Shown here in pieces: positions 36,956 through 46,903 of a stretch of 64,000 nucleotides of DNA. This DNA comes from an uncultured archaeon (lineage in GTDB: Archaea > Asgardarchaeota > Lokiarchaeia > Sigyniarchaeales > SOKP01): contig CAZWEM010000005.1 in NCBI GenBank assembly GCA_964632315.1, positions 32,001-96,000 on the forward strand, written 5' to 3'. Within the stretch, counting starts at the first letter, position 1, and every line of letters starts with the position of its first letter. A program made the position numbers and the translations under genes. The notes beneath the pieces were generated by a model. It saw nothing but the letters and a program-made list of their open reading frames with translations, did no database searches and was not told where the DNA came from.

Positions 36956-38344
36956 ATGAAACCTATTTGTTTAACGATTGCTGGTTCTGATCCTAGTTCA
37001 GGTGCGGGTATTCAAGCGGATATTAGAACTTTTGATCGCTGTGGAGTTCATCCTTTTTCAGTTATAACCGCACTCACTTTTCAAACCACTAATTCATTTG
37101 GGGGATACATATCTTTATCAAAATACTTGGAAAAACAATTAAAAGTATTATTTGATACGTATCCAATAAAAGTAGTAAAAATAGGAATGATTCCTGACAG
37201 AAAATCCTTAGAAATCATCAAAGGTTACATTATTGAATATAATTTAAATGTAGTTCTTGATCCTGTCTCAATTGCTAGTGCTGGAGGAAGATTATCAACT
37301 GAGGGTATAGAGCATGAAATCGAAAGAAATTTATTTCCCATAGTTTCAATAATTACACCTAATTTTGCAGAAGCATTACTCTATGCCAATAGTGAAAGAG
37401 AATCAATAAAAAATTTAGATACTGTTAAAAAACTTGGTTCCATTCTTCTTGATAAGCTAGTTTTACCAGATAAAAAACATGAGAAGGCAGTTGTTATTAA
37501 GAGTGTAATGATTCCAAATAATGATGAGATTTATGATCTCGCTATCTTGCAAGGATCTAAAAAAGATGAAAAAATGTATCGCCTCTTTAAAAAGAGAAAG
37601 GAAAAATTAAGGAGTAATGTTCATGGCACTGGTTGCATTTTTTCTTCTTCAATTGCGGCTTTTTTAGCAAAAGATTATTCATTATTGGAAGCTATCGAAA
37701 AAGCTGAAATCTTTTTTGATGAGAAATTCCAGAGGATTATAGATTTTCCAAGTTCTGGCTTAACCATAGATTTGACATATTCCGAGGAAAAAATTAGAGT
37801 AATCAATCAGATAAAACAAATATATAACTTTATATCACAAGATAAGAAATTTTCCAATTTAATTCCTGAAGTAAGGATGAATATATCAGGAAGCCTTCCT
37901 TCAGCAAAAAGTAAAGAAGATGTAGCAGGAATTGAAGGACGAATAACTATTATCAATGAATATCCTAAAGCAATTGGAGAAATAAAGTTTGGTGTATCGG
38001 ATCATACTGCTAGATTAATTCTTACAGCAAAAGAATTCGATGATTCGATAAATTATGTGATAAATCTCAAATATGAAAAAAAGTGGATTGAAAAACTTAT
38101 CCAGAGTAATAAGTTAATGTTGCAGGAAATCAAAAGAGAAGAGCAACCAAAAACTATAGCTCAGAGAGAATATTCAACCATGCAATGGCTAATTCAGAAT
38201 AGTATTAAAAGTACTGGGAAAATGGTAGACATTGTATGGGATAAAGGTTCTTTCGGAAAAGAACCCATGATACGTCTGTTCAGTAAAGATGCTAATGATA
38301 TGATTGTAAAACTTCGTCTTATAAAACAAATTTTATTTTCATAA
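36956..38344 (+). CDS. thiDN: Bifunctional HMP(-P) kinase / thiamine-phosphate synthase ThiD-ThiN
   Basis: AGSDPSSGAGIQAD, HGTGC, ThiN IPEVRMNI...GKEPM. Confidence 0.9.
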   Translation: MKPICLTIAGSDPSSGAGIQADIRTFDRCGVHPFSVITALTFQTTNSFGGYISLSKYLEKQLKVLFDTYPIKVVKIGMIPDRKSLEIIKGYIIEYNLNVVLDPVSIASAGGRLSTEGIEHEIERNLFPIVSIITPNFAEALLYANSERESIKNLDTVKKLGSILLDKLVLPDKKHEKAVVIKSVMIPNNDEIYDLAILQGSKKDEKMYRLFKKRKEKLRSNVHGTGCIFSSSIAAFLAKDYSLLEAIEKAEIFFDEKFQRIIDFPSSGLTIDLTYSEEKIRVINQIKQIYNFISQDKKFSNLIPEVRMNISGSLPSAKSKEDVAGIEGRITIINEYPKAIGEIKFGVSDHTARLILTAKEFDDSINYVINLKYEKKWIEKLIQSNKLMLQEIKREEQPKTIAQREYSTMQWLIQNSIKSTGKMVDIVWDKGSFGKEPMIRLFSKDANDMIVKLRLIKQILFS

Positions 38345-38884
38345 ACCAGATGCAATCTTGTGCGCTAATAGTAATTGTTCTGGAAGCCTAGATCTTTTAG
38401 CAAATTTCTTTAAGAATTGATGTACGCTTTTTAGTTCTAAGCCCTTATATTGAAAAAATACAGCATTTTTCCCAGCAGGAGTAACATAAGAATGTTGTTT
38501 TCCAGCCCTTTCAATAATTAACCTTCGTAATTCATAATCAGGCAAATTGCGGGCTGCTTCGTCAAATTGTCCTTTAGGAGTATTCTCTGTCACGGAGATA
38601 ATTGGTTTATTTAATTCCATAAAAATTCTTTCAATGTCTATAAGATTGAAGCCAGCAGTAGTAATTCCATGTGTCAATATTATTTGAAACTGATCAATAA
38701 TAGGGTTTAACACTTTTAAAATCATTTCAGTAGAATTTAATCCATCGACATCTATACTGGTATGAGTAAAATGCTCCATGTAAACTCCTCGACAAATAAT
38801 AAAAACTAACTCCGTAGTCAAATAATCTCTTTCATGAGGAGCATCATCAATTGCTACAGTGAAAACTCCATTCTTGATGAACAT
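38339..38884 (-). CDS. DUF99 family (endonuclease V-like) protein
   Basis: IDD, VDG.DST-like, GFNLID, LPE.L.LAH.IASG. Confidence 0.8.
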   Translation of the reverse strand: MFIKNGVFTVAIDDAPHERDYLTTELVFIICRGVYMEHFTHTSIDVDGLNSTEMILKVLNPIIDQFQIILTHGITTAGFNLIDIERIFMELNKPIISVTENTPKGQFDEAARNLPDYELRRLIIERAGKQHSYVTPAGKNAVFFQYKGLELKSVHQFLKKFAKRSRLPEQLLLAHKIASGL

Positions 38885-38992
38885 TTTGAGTATTTATAAT
38901 ATTTTTCTATTTATTGCTATCTTATCAACCATAAATATCATTTGATTGATATTTATTTTAATCAAAAAAGATTCAAAAACTTGGTTTGTTCT

Positions 38993-40306
38993 TTATATTA
39001 TTTTTTTTGAGGCTTTTTTAGCAAGAGCATCTTTCAATATTTTAATTGCACAAAATTCTCCGCACATTGAACATACATCATCATCAATATTACCGTTACG
39101 ATAGTGAATCTCTTTTGAAAGTTCGGGATCAATAGATTGTTTAATCATTTCTTCCCAATCAAGATTTTTACGAGCTAAATCCATTTTATAGTCCCATCTC
39201 GATGCCCTCTTTCCATATTTTGCTATATTTACAGCATGAGCAGCAATCTTTGATGCTATAACGCCCCTTTTCACTTCATCTAAATTTGGAAGGGCTAAAT
39301 GTTCCGAAGGAGTAACATAACATAAGTAATCTGCACCAGCCATCCCAGCCATTACTCCACCTATAGCACTAGTAATATGATCATATCCGGGCGCAATATC
39401 CGTAACGAGTGGTCCTAGAACGTAGAAAGGAGCATGATCACATAATGACTTCATGATCTTTATGTTTCTTTCAATTTCATTAGCAGGTATGTGACCAGGG
39501 CCTTCAACCATCACCTGAATATTTTGTTTCCATGCTCGCTTGACCAATTTAGAGATTTCAATTAACTCTTGAATTTGAGATTGATCTGTTGCATCGAAAA
39601 TACTACCAGGCCTCATTCCATCTCCTAGAGATAAGGTAAAATCATATTCCTTGGCCAATTCTAGTAGATAGTCAAATTGATTATTAAAAGGGTTCTCTTT
39701 TTCATTTTCAAGTATCCATGCAGCAAGAAAGGTACCTCCCCTTGATACCACCCCCATCATTCTTGGATGATCTTTCAAATACTCGACGATTTGTTTTGTA
39801 ACTCCTACATGTATGGTAAAAAAGTCAACTCCTTCTTTTGCTTGTTCTTCAACTACACTGAATAAATCATCTTCATCAAAGTTAATGATTGCCCCCTTTT
39901 TCTCGAGTGCTCGTAATGCTGATTGGTATATCGGAACCGTCCCGATTGGAACTTTAACCTCCTTTAAAATATTCTTACGAATGGCTATAACATCTTGTTC
40001 AGTGACCCCAGTACTAAGATCCATTATAGTATCGGCTCCAAATTTAGCTGCAATTTTAGCTTTTTCAAGCTCTTCTTTAATATTACAGACTCGTTTACTA
40101 GAACCTATATTCGCATTGATTTTAACAAGTAAACCTTCGCCAATCCCTATTGGATTTGTATCCCTTCTGTTTGATTTTGGAATGATAATTCGACCATGAG
40201 CGATTCCTTTCCTAATAAATTCCAGATCCAGTTCTTCCTTTTGAGCTATCACTTCCATTTCTTTTGTTGTTTTTCCATCCTTGGCAATCTTCATTAATAG
40301 GGACAA
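38993..40306 (-). CDS. thiC: Phosphomethylpyrimidine synthase
   Basis: KINANIG, MDLSTG, SRGG, SLGDGMRPG, EGPGH, CSMCGEFCA. Confidence 0.95.
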   Translation of the reverse strand: MSLLMKIAKDGKTTKEMEVIAQKEELDLEFIRKGIAHGRIIIPKSNRRDTNPIGIGEGLLVKINANIGSSKRVCNIKEELEKAKIAAKFGADTIMDLSTGVTEQDVIAIRKNILKEVKVPIGTVPIYQSALRALEKKGAIINFDEDDLFSVVEEQAKEGVDFFTIHVGVTKQIVEYLKDHPRMMGVVSRGGTFLAAWILENEKENPFNNQFDYLLELAKEYDFTLSLGDGMRPGSIFDATDQSQIQELIEISKLVKRAWKQNIQVMVEGPGHIPANEIERNIKIMKSLCDHAPFYVLGPLVTDIAPGYDHITSAIGGVMAGMAGADYLCYVTPSEHLALPNLDEVKRGVIASKIAAHAVNIAKYGKRASRWDYKMDLARKNLDWEEMIKQSIDPELSKEIHYRNGNIDDDVCSMCGEFCAIKILKDALAKKASKKII

Positions 40307-40458
40307 ATCTTTGAACCTTCGCTAATTTTATTCTTAAAAGTTATTATTCTATTGCTAAATAATGCTAATTGAATTAAATTCTTTTGTTTATAAAGAATTA
40401 ATTGTTTTTTTTAGAAGGGAGAAAATAAATTATGAAAATAAAATAAAAAAAATTTAAT

Positions 40459-40788
40459 TTATACTTGGGGGGCTGTCAAATTTAATATCTTATAAGCTTC
40501 CGTGAAGTCAAGAATAACTTCAGCCTTATATTTTAGACCAGCGACCTTGGTTGCCATAAAGAGATTTTCTTTTGTTGTATACTCTAAAGCTTCTTTTTCT
40601 TTACCTTTCATGATGTTATCAAAACCATATGTTAGAATATTACCATCTTCACTTGAAGATACTCCAATACCTAGCATTTTCATAATGGATTTGTCTTGGG
40701 GATTATCTTTGAGCCAATCAACATATGCTTTACCTACTTTACTTCCTTCACTTGCGGGAAACCAAAGTCTATTTAGTAAGATTGTCAA
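40459..40788 (-). CDS. Hypothetical protein
   Basis: AGGTGA SD upstream of TTG start, protein-like composition. Confidence 0.65.
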   Translation of the reverse strand: MTILLNRLWFPASEGSKVGKAYVDWLKDNPQDKSIMKMLGIGVSSSEDGNILTYGFDNIMKGKEKEALEYTTKENLFMATKVAGLKYKAEVILDFTEAYKILNLTAPQV

Positions 40789-40916
40789 TTTTTTTCACCT
40801 TAAAATTTTTAGTTAATGAAGTTAAGATTTATGATATTAGATTTCGTGGTAGGTTGAGATTATACGATATTTTTTATAAATTTTTACATTTTTGTAAGAC
40901 ATCAAAAACCCAATAA

Positions 40917-41384
40917 TCAATAACCGATTTTAAGGTCTTTAAGTAATTCAATTAGAGATTCTGATAGTTTATAATCTTTCAATTCATTAAAATTTACAAA
41001 CTTAGCTTCTAATGCATCCGAATCGGGAACAGGCGGCTGATTCTTATTTTCATCTATTTGTTCTACGAAATAATTAATTAGAATGTAATGGTATATTATC
41101 TTTCCTCCATTATCATACATTATTTTATCGATAATACCCGCTAATTTCACGACTTTAACCCTAAACCCAGTTTCTTCAAATCCTTCTCGTACAGCTGCTC
41201 TTTTAGTCTTCTCCCCGAGCTCAACATGACCACCGGGAATTGACCAATATCCCGCATCAGGATCGTATTTTCGCTTAACTAATAACAACTTTCTCTTTCG
41301 AATGAGTAAAATCCCAACTCCAACATGAGGTCTAACTGGATATCTTCTAGTATCAAAAGCTGTAAGTTCTTTAGGGTCAACCAT
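40917..41384 (-). CDS. NUDIX hydrolase
   Basis: Nudix box GGHVELGE.....AVREGFEETG. Confidence 0.92.
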   Translation of the reverse strand: MVDPKELTAFDTRRYPVRPHVGVGILLIRKRKLLLVKRKYDPDAGYWSIPGGHVELGEKTKRAAVREGFEETGFRVKVVKLAGIIDKIMYDNGGKIIYHYILINYFVEQIDENKNQPPVPDSDALEAKFVNFNELKDYKLSESLIELLKDLKIGY

Positions 41385-41553
41385 AATTGTACCTACTTAA
41401 AACGTTTAAAAAATGAAAAACATACCTAAAATAAAGAATATACTGATCTTCAAAAAACTTCTGGTAATCATGCGTAATTCAATTGATATGAGGAGGGCAG
41501 TTTATGTTACCATAAAAGATAAGTTTTTTAAAAAATAATTAAAACTACTGATT

Positions 41554-42045
41554 ATGGTAAGACCATGGTATTGGCCAAGTGAAGGACAACCTCATAGGAC
41601 TGAAGAATTTACATGGATAGTAAAAAACAAATTAGCTGTCAGTTGGTGGCCAGATCCTCCAGTATTCAAACGCTATGAAAAGGAAGGGATAAAAGTAATA
41701 ATTAATTGTTCAGAGTTCAATAATGAAAAGGATGTTCCTCAGAGGTTCATATATCACCATATAAACGTTCCAGATTATGGGTTACCGACTGAAAAACAAA
41801 TAAAATATTTTCTTGAACTATGTAAACATCATGGTCAGCAAAATGAAGCGATAGTAGTGCATTGTGTTGCTGGATGTGGAAGAACAGGACAATTCGCAGT
41901 CCTCTGGGCAGCTTATAATGGGTATATACCAAAAGGGATGGATCCCGTAAAATGGATACGAAAGTTACGCCCTTGCAGTTTGGAAACGAGGGAACAGCAA
42001 GAAAGTGCTAGAAATTTAGCTCGAAAGTATCAATTTAAGCATTAA
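41554..42045 (+). CDS. Dual-specificity protein phosphatase family
   Basis: VPDY acid loop, HCVAGCGRTG (CX5R), R..RP...ET..Q. Confidence 0.9.
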   Translation: MVRPWYWPSEGQPHRTEEFTWIVKNKLAVSWWPDPPVFKRYEKEGIKVIINCSEFNNEKDVPQRFIYHHINVPDYGLPTEKQIKYFLELCKHHGQQNEAIVVHCVAGCGRTGQFAVLWAAYNGYIPKGMDPVKWIRKLRPCSLETREQQESARNLARKYQFKH

Positions 42046-42146
42046 TGCAAAATATAAATGTAATTAATTTTATTAGATTATTTGTACTTGGATGCATTTT
42101 AAGCTTTAAAATGTATTATTAAATAAATGTTGCTATAAATTAAGGG

Positions 42147-43322
42147 ATGCACATGGACAAGTCAGATTATTTATACATGATATTAGACAATATAATGGCA
42201 TTTAGCATTCAATTATCTCCAGAGTACCACGGAAATGATGTAAATTCACATCTTGAAAAATTTGATGAAGAAGCATTAAAGATTATTGCCGGATTCAATA
42301 AAAGCTTTCTTAAATACTTCTTAGATCTTTCAAAAGGTAAAACACAAAGAGATATCCAAGATACTTTAAAAAAGATGGAATTGATTTCTTACATGATCGG
42401 ACCTATAGGAAATTTACATTACCTTGGAGAGGATCAAGTTCAATTCGTTCTAACTAAATTAAATTCTTTAAAGATTGATGACATAAATGAAGAAAAAATT
42501 AGTTTACTAGCTGACGATCGCTTGCGACAACAATTTGGATCGAATTCGGGAGATTATAATGCTACTGACGCTCTTGAAAATCAGTTGGCGAGTGCGGCGT
42601 TTTATCTCATGAATATGGGTTATTCAAGACAAGAGATCCAACAAAAATTCAATGAAGTAAGGCAAAACCCATCAAAGTTAGGTGACTTATTTAACCTCCC
42701 AGAGAAAGAAATATACAATATGCCGGATGAAATTCATTATACCTCAAATAACAATTCTAGTTCTATTTCATCTTCTGAACAACAAGTTTTAGAAGAACAA
42801 ACTCCCACCTTACAAGAAGCTATTGCGCATCATGTAAAGTCCATTCACGAAGACATTACTGAAGAACGAGCTCAAAAAGTTGAGGAGATCTTGAATTTAA
42901 TCAAGAATCATGTGAGAGAAGCAATTTCAGAATTGCAAGAAAAAGTATTCAAGCAAATGCATCCAGATCGATTGAATAGAGCATATAAAATGCTAAAAGA
43001 TACAAAAAGGAAATCAAAACGCATGGATTTACTTCTTGAATGGTTCACTGCAAGCCTACTCTTGTCCAAAATCGAATTAAAGGTTGAGCATTGGCAAGTA
43101 TCGTCTACTGCAACGCATGGAAGCGCGGGAGTATATACCGCAGGAATGGATTTTTCGAGATATGATCCAATAATAAAGGAATTTTCCGATAATAAGTTGG
43201 AGAAAGTTCTTAATATTGCGAGAAAAATCTTACAAAAACCTTCTAAGAAAGCCATTCAGAAACTAGGGCAAGATTTAATAGCTGAAACTGGTTTTGATGA
43301 ACATCTCTATTTTACAGATTGA
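42147..43322 (+). CDS. Hypothetical helical protein (possible internal UBA-like motif)
   Basis: Long ORF; LMNMGYSRQEI segment; S/N-rich linker. Confidence 0.65.
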   Translation: MHMDKSDYLYMILDNIMAFSIQLSPEYHGNDVNSHLEKFDEEALKIIAGFNKSFLKYFLDLSKGKTQRDIQDTLKKMELISYMIGPIGNLHYLGEDQVQFVLTKLNSLKIDDINEEKISLLADDRLRQQFGSNSGDYNATDALENQLASAAFYLMNMGYSRQEIQQKFNEVRQNPSKLGDLFNLPEKEIYNMPDEIHYTSNNNSSSISSSEQQVLEEQTPTLQEAIAHHVKSIHEDITEERAQKVEEILNLIKNHVREAISELQEKVFKQMHPDRLNRAYKMLKDTKRKSKRMDLLLEWFTASLLLSKIELKVEHWQVSSTATHGSAGVYTAGMDFSRYDPIIKEFSDNKLEKVLNIARKILQKPSKKAIQKLGQDLIAETGFDEHLYFTD

Positions 43323-43458
43323 GTTTAGTGCACCCTTTTTATTTATGATTTTGTTTTTATTATAGCTGCGGAAGTATTAAGCGTGGTTATATATCCTAAA
43401 AAACATATTAATAAAAATATAACTTAATTTATTCATGATTATTATAGGATGATGATTT

Positions 43459-44172
43459 GTGACACAAGGAATAGAATATGAGTTTGAAGTGAGGAAAAAG
43501 CCCACTTTCTCTTATATTGAAGTTGCTTTAAAGAAAGGGCAAGTAATTCAATGTGAAGGAGGGACTATGATCTTTTTTGATCCAACATTAGAGATTTCCA
43601 CGAAAAAAGCGAGTAAGGGTTTTTTTAAGTCTTTAAAAAGAGTGCTTGCTGGCGAAACTTTTTTTATGAATACTTTTAATGCTTTAGATGATGGTAGTTT
43701 AGGTTTAGCTCCAGCTTTTCCTGGTGATTTAATGCATATTCCCTTACAGAAAAATGATAGTTGGGTCCTATTTAGTGGTTGTTTTGTTGCAAGTTCAGTT
43801 CATTTTGAAACCGAAACGAGCTTCTTGGGGTTAAAAAGATCGCTGTTCGGAGGGGAAAGAGCATTTTATCTACAAATAGATGCATTAAATGGCGCAGGTG
43901 ATTTATTTGTTGGAGCAATGGGTGCATTTCTTGAAGTTCCTTTAGCAGATGGTCAATTGTTTAATTGTGATAATGGTCATCTCGTTGCTATGGAATCGAG
44001 TGTATCATTTGACATTAAAAAAGTAGGGGGCTTAAAGTCAACATTTCTTTCAGGAGAAGGACTTGTTGCCCAATTAACAGGTCCAGGTAGAGTAATAATG
44101 CAATCAAGAAATCCAAGGGAATTTGCGTTGTGGTTATATAACTTTATGCCAAAACCATCCCGTTCTCCTTAG
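43459..44172 (+). CDS. AIM24/TIGR00266 family protein
   Basis: GETFFMN, PGD, FGGE, DNGHLVA, SGEGLV...TGPG.V.MQSR. Confidence 0.9.
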   Translation: MTQGIEYEFEVRKKPTFSYIEVALKKGQVIQCEGGTMIFFDPTLEISTKKASKGFFKSLKRVLAGETFFMNTFNALDDGSLGLAPAFPGDLMHIPLQKNDSWVLFSGCFVASSVHFETETSFLGLKRSLFGGERAFYLQIDALNGAGDLFVGAMGAFLEVPLADGQLFNCDNGHLVAMESSVSFDIKKVGGLKSTFLSGEGLVAQLTGPGRVIMQSRNPREFALWLYNFMPKPSRSP

Positions 44173-44243
44173 GTTTCAATTTTTTTTACTTTCATAGATA
44201 TCAAAAATTAAATTAAAATTTAATAATAATTTTAGAATTAACT

Positions 44244-45044
44244 ATGCCTTACTTTAAATATAATAATATAGAGCTTTTTTACATCAAAGAGGGAAAAGGT
44301 GAGCCTCTTGTTTTAATCAGTGGATTAGGTAGCAAGAATTCTTGGGGTCTTCAAATTCCATTCTTTAAAGAAAAAATGATGGTAGTTTCTTTACATAATA
44401 GGGGGACAGGGAAGAGTTCACGGCCAAACTACCCATATTCGATGGATATGTATGTTGAAGATATCAATAAGTTACTCAATCATTTGGAAATAAAAAATAA
44501 GGTCTATCTATGCGGAATTTCGATGGGAGGAATGATTGTACAGCATTTTACTTTAAAATATCCAGAAAAAGTGAAAGCCTTAATTCTCTGTGCCACATCA
44601 GCATATTATGAAGAAGGATTAAATGTCATAGAATCTCAGAAATTAATGGAAGACAGCACTTATGAACAAAAATTTAAAGTTCGACTTGCTGCTTTATATT
44701 CTCGACCTTTTAGGAAAAGATTAAAAAATGATTCTGAAAATTATGAAATTATAAGGAAAGCCTTTATTGAGGATCCTACCGAACTCAAGGATTACATCAA
44801 TCAAGGAGCAGCAGTAGAAGATCACGATACTCGTGAAAGATTACACAAGATAGCGCAACCAACACTCATATTAGTAGGAAATGAAGATCGAATTATTCTT
44901 GGACTTCATCATTCAGAACTATTACACGATAAAATTCCAAATTCAACTCTTAAGATAATAGAAAATACAGGACATGGATTTGTCGTGGAACAATCAAAAA
45001 AAGTGAATGAGATAATTTATGAATTTATAAAAAAAAATTCATAG
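44244..45044 (+). CDS. Alpha/beta hydrolase
   Basis: GISMGG nucleophile elbow, G..D, GH. Confidence 0.9.
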   Translation: MPYFKYNNIELFYIKEGKGEPLVLISGLGSKNSWGLQIPFFKEKMMVVSLHNRGTGKSSRPNYPYSMDMYVEDINKLLNHLEIKNKVYLCGISMGGMIVQHFTLKYPEKVKALILCATSAYYEEGLNVIESQKLMEDSTYEQKFKVRLAALYSRPFRKRLKNDSENYEIIRKAFIEDPTELKDYINQGAAVEDHDTRERLHKIAQPTLILVGNEDRIILGLHHSELLHDKIPNSTLKIIENTGHGFVVEQSKKVNEIIYEFIKKNS

Positions 45045-45110
45045 TTAAATGGTTTTATTTAGTAATTTCAAATTCTTAATAAAATACCAATAGGAGATAA
45101 AAATCATTGT

Positions 45111-46730
45111 TTAGGAAGTTTTTTTATAAACACTCTTCCCTCTAATTATAGTTTCTAAAACTTGAAGGTTTTTAACTTCTTCTTTTGGAACCTTAAATGG
45201 GTTTTTATCCAATATCACTATATCTGCTAATTTCCCTTGTTCAAGAGTTCCTTTGACGTCTTCTTCAAAAGCAGCATAAGCGGCATTCGTGGTATAAGTT
45301 TTTATTGCTTCTTCAATAGAAATACACTGGTCAGGGATAAAATTATTTCGCGTAATTAGTGCATGAAGGCCTAAAATAGGATTTGGGTCTTCTATGGGGC
45401 AATCTGAGCCGGATATTAAAAGTACTCCATTATCGATAATAGATCTCATTGGATAAGTATACTTACAACGTTCAATGCCAAGTCTTTTTGGAAGCCATTT
45501 ATATTCAGAATTGATAAAGGGTGGTTGACAAGAAGCAATGATTTCGTATTCTGCCATATCTTTCAATACGTCATCTGTTAGCATAGAAGCATGTTCAATC
45601 CGATGACGATGATTATCTCTAGGAAATTCATCTAAAAGTTGTTTATAGAGGTTCATTGCAATTCTGTTTCCTTTATCACCAATGACATGGATCGCGATCT
45701 GAAATCCTTCATTGTGTGCTTCTTTCATTTTCTCGTATATTTCATCCTCTTCGATAACGCAATACCCAACCTTATCAGGTGTGTCTGAAAATGGTTCAAA
45801 CATACATGCAGTTTTAGCCCCAAAAGTTCCGTCCAAGTACAATTTAAGGCATCCAACCTTAAATTTACCATCTATCTTCCCGTCATCTAAAGGAGGTTTC
45901 TTAAATTTATGCAATTTTTTTGGTTTTTCCGTATTAATTAAAGCATACCAGTTTTGCAAGATATATTCATGAAATGATTTTCTTAAAGGTATTTCAACTG
46001 CTCCGGCGCTTCCGAATTCAGAACTTGTCCCAGCACTAAGAATTCCGTGAAGTGATGTTATCCCCTTTTCTGCCAATTCGTTAAAAGCTCGTTTAGCCGC
46101 TTCATTTAATATTTCAACCTCAGGAAAGGACATTTCCGAAAGAATTAGGTTTACTGCTTTCTCTGAGATAATTCCATTGATTCTGCCTTCTTTATCTCTT
46201 CCTATCTCTCCACCCTCTATATTCGGCATACTTTCATTGATATTTGCTAATTTCAAAGCTTTGGAATTTGCAATTCCTATGTGAGAGTCATATCGCATGA
46301 CAAAAATGGGTATATCTGGAGAAACCTCATCCAAATCCCACCGTGTTGGCAATTGGGGTATACTAAAATTCTCTTCCTTTAAGTTAAAACAGATCAATAA
46401 CTCATCTTTCTTTTTATTTTTACTGACTTCTTGTAAAAAAGATTTTAGCTCGGAAAGACTTGAAATTTGTGATAGATCAGGACTTAATTTATAGTATGCA
46501 AAAATTATTGGGTGAAGATGGCAATCAATAAATCCTGGCAGAATAGTTTTTCCTCCCAAGTCTATAGATAGATATCTTTCTCCCAGCTTTTTCCTTACCT
46601 CATCAATATCTCCAGTTGCAATTATTTTATCATCAAGAATGCCTATTGCTTCTACAGAAGGTTCTTTCTCATTCATGGTGATTATATCACCATTAAAATA
46701 TAACTTCGCAATACTCTTTTCTGAATTCAT
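45111..46730 (-). CDS. Amidohydrolase 3 (YtcJ-like)
   Basis: PGFIDCHLH, K.YLDG, IHVIGD, RHRIEH, GSDCP, GKLAD. Confidence 0.9.
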   Translation of the reverse strand: MNSEKSIAKLYFNGDIITMNEKEPSVEAIGILDDKIIATGDIDEVRKKLGERYLSIDLGGKTILPGFIDCHLHPIIFAYYKLSPDLSQISSLSELKSFLQEVSKNKKKDELLICFNLKEENFSIPQLPTRWDLDEVSPDIPIFVMRYDSHIGIANSKALKLANINESMPNIEGGEIGRDKEGRINGIISEKAVNLILSEMSFPEVEILNEAAKRAFNELAEKGITSLHGILSAGTSSEFGSAGAVEIPLRKSFHEYILQNWYALINTEKPKKLHKFKKPPLDDGKIDGKFKVGCLKLYLDGTFGAKTACMFEPFSDTPDKVGYCVIEEDEIYEKMKEAHNEGFQIAIHVIGDKGNRIAMNLYKQLLDEFPRDNHRHRIEHASMLTDDVLKDMAEYEIIASCQPPFINSEYKWLPKRLGIERCKYTYPMRSIIDNGVLLISGSDCPIEDPNPILGLHALITRNNFIPDQCISIEEAIKTYTTNAAYAAFEEDVKGTLEQGKLADIVILDKNPFKVPKEEVKNLQVLETIIRGKSVYKKTS

Positions 46731-46903
46731 CTATTACTATTCCTATAAATCTGTGATGTGAAAAAAAATCTGTAATGATACATAAATCTTGATGAAATTT
46801 AAATGAAAAGATTTAGATATACATGTGAAAAAGTTTAAAAAATTTCAATCAATTCTTTGGAATATAATTAAATAAATCTGGGAAATCTTCTTAGGCGACA
46901 AAT

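Noticed and set aside
40307-40458. TPP riboswitch upstream of thiC
   Set aside because: AT-rich leader with no GCTGAGA or other TPP consensus elements
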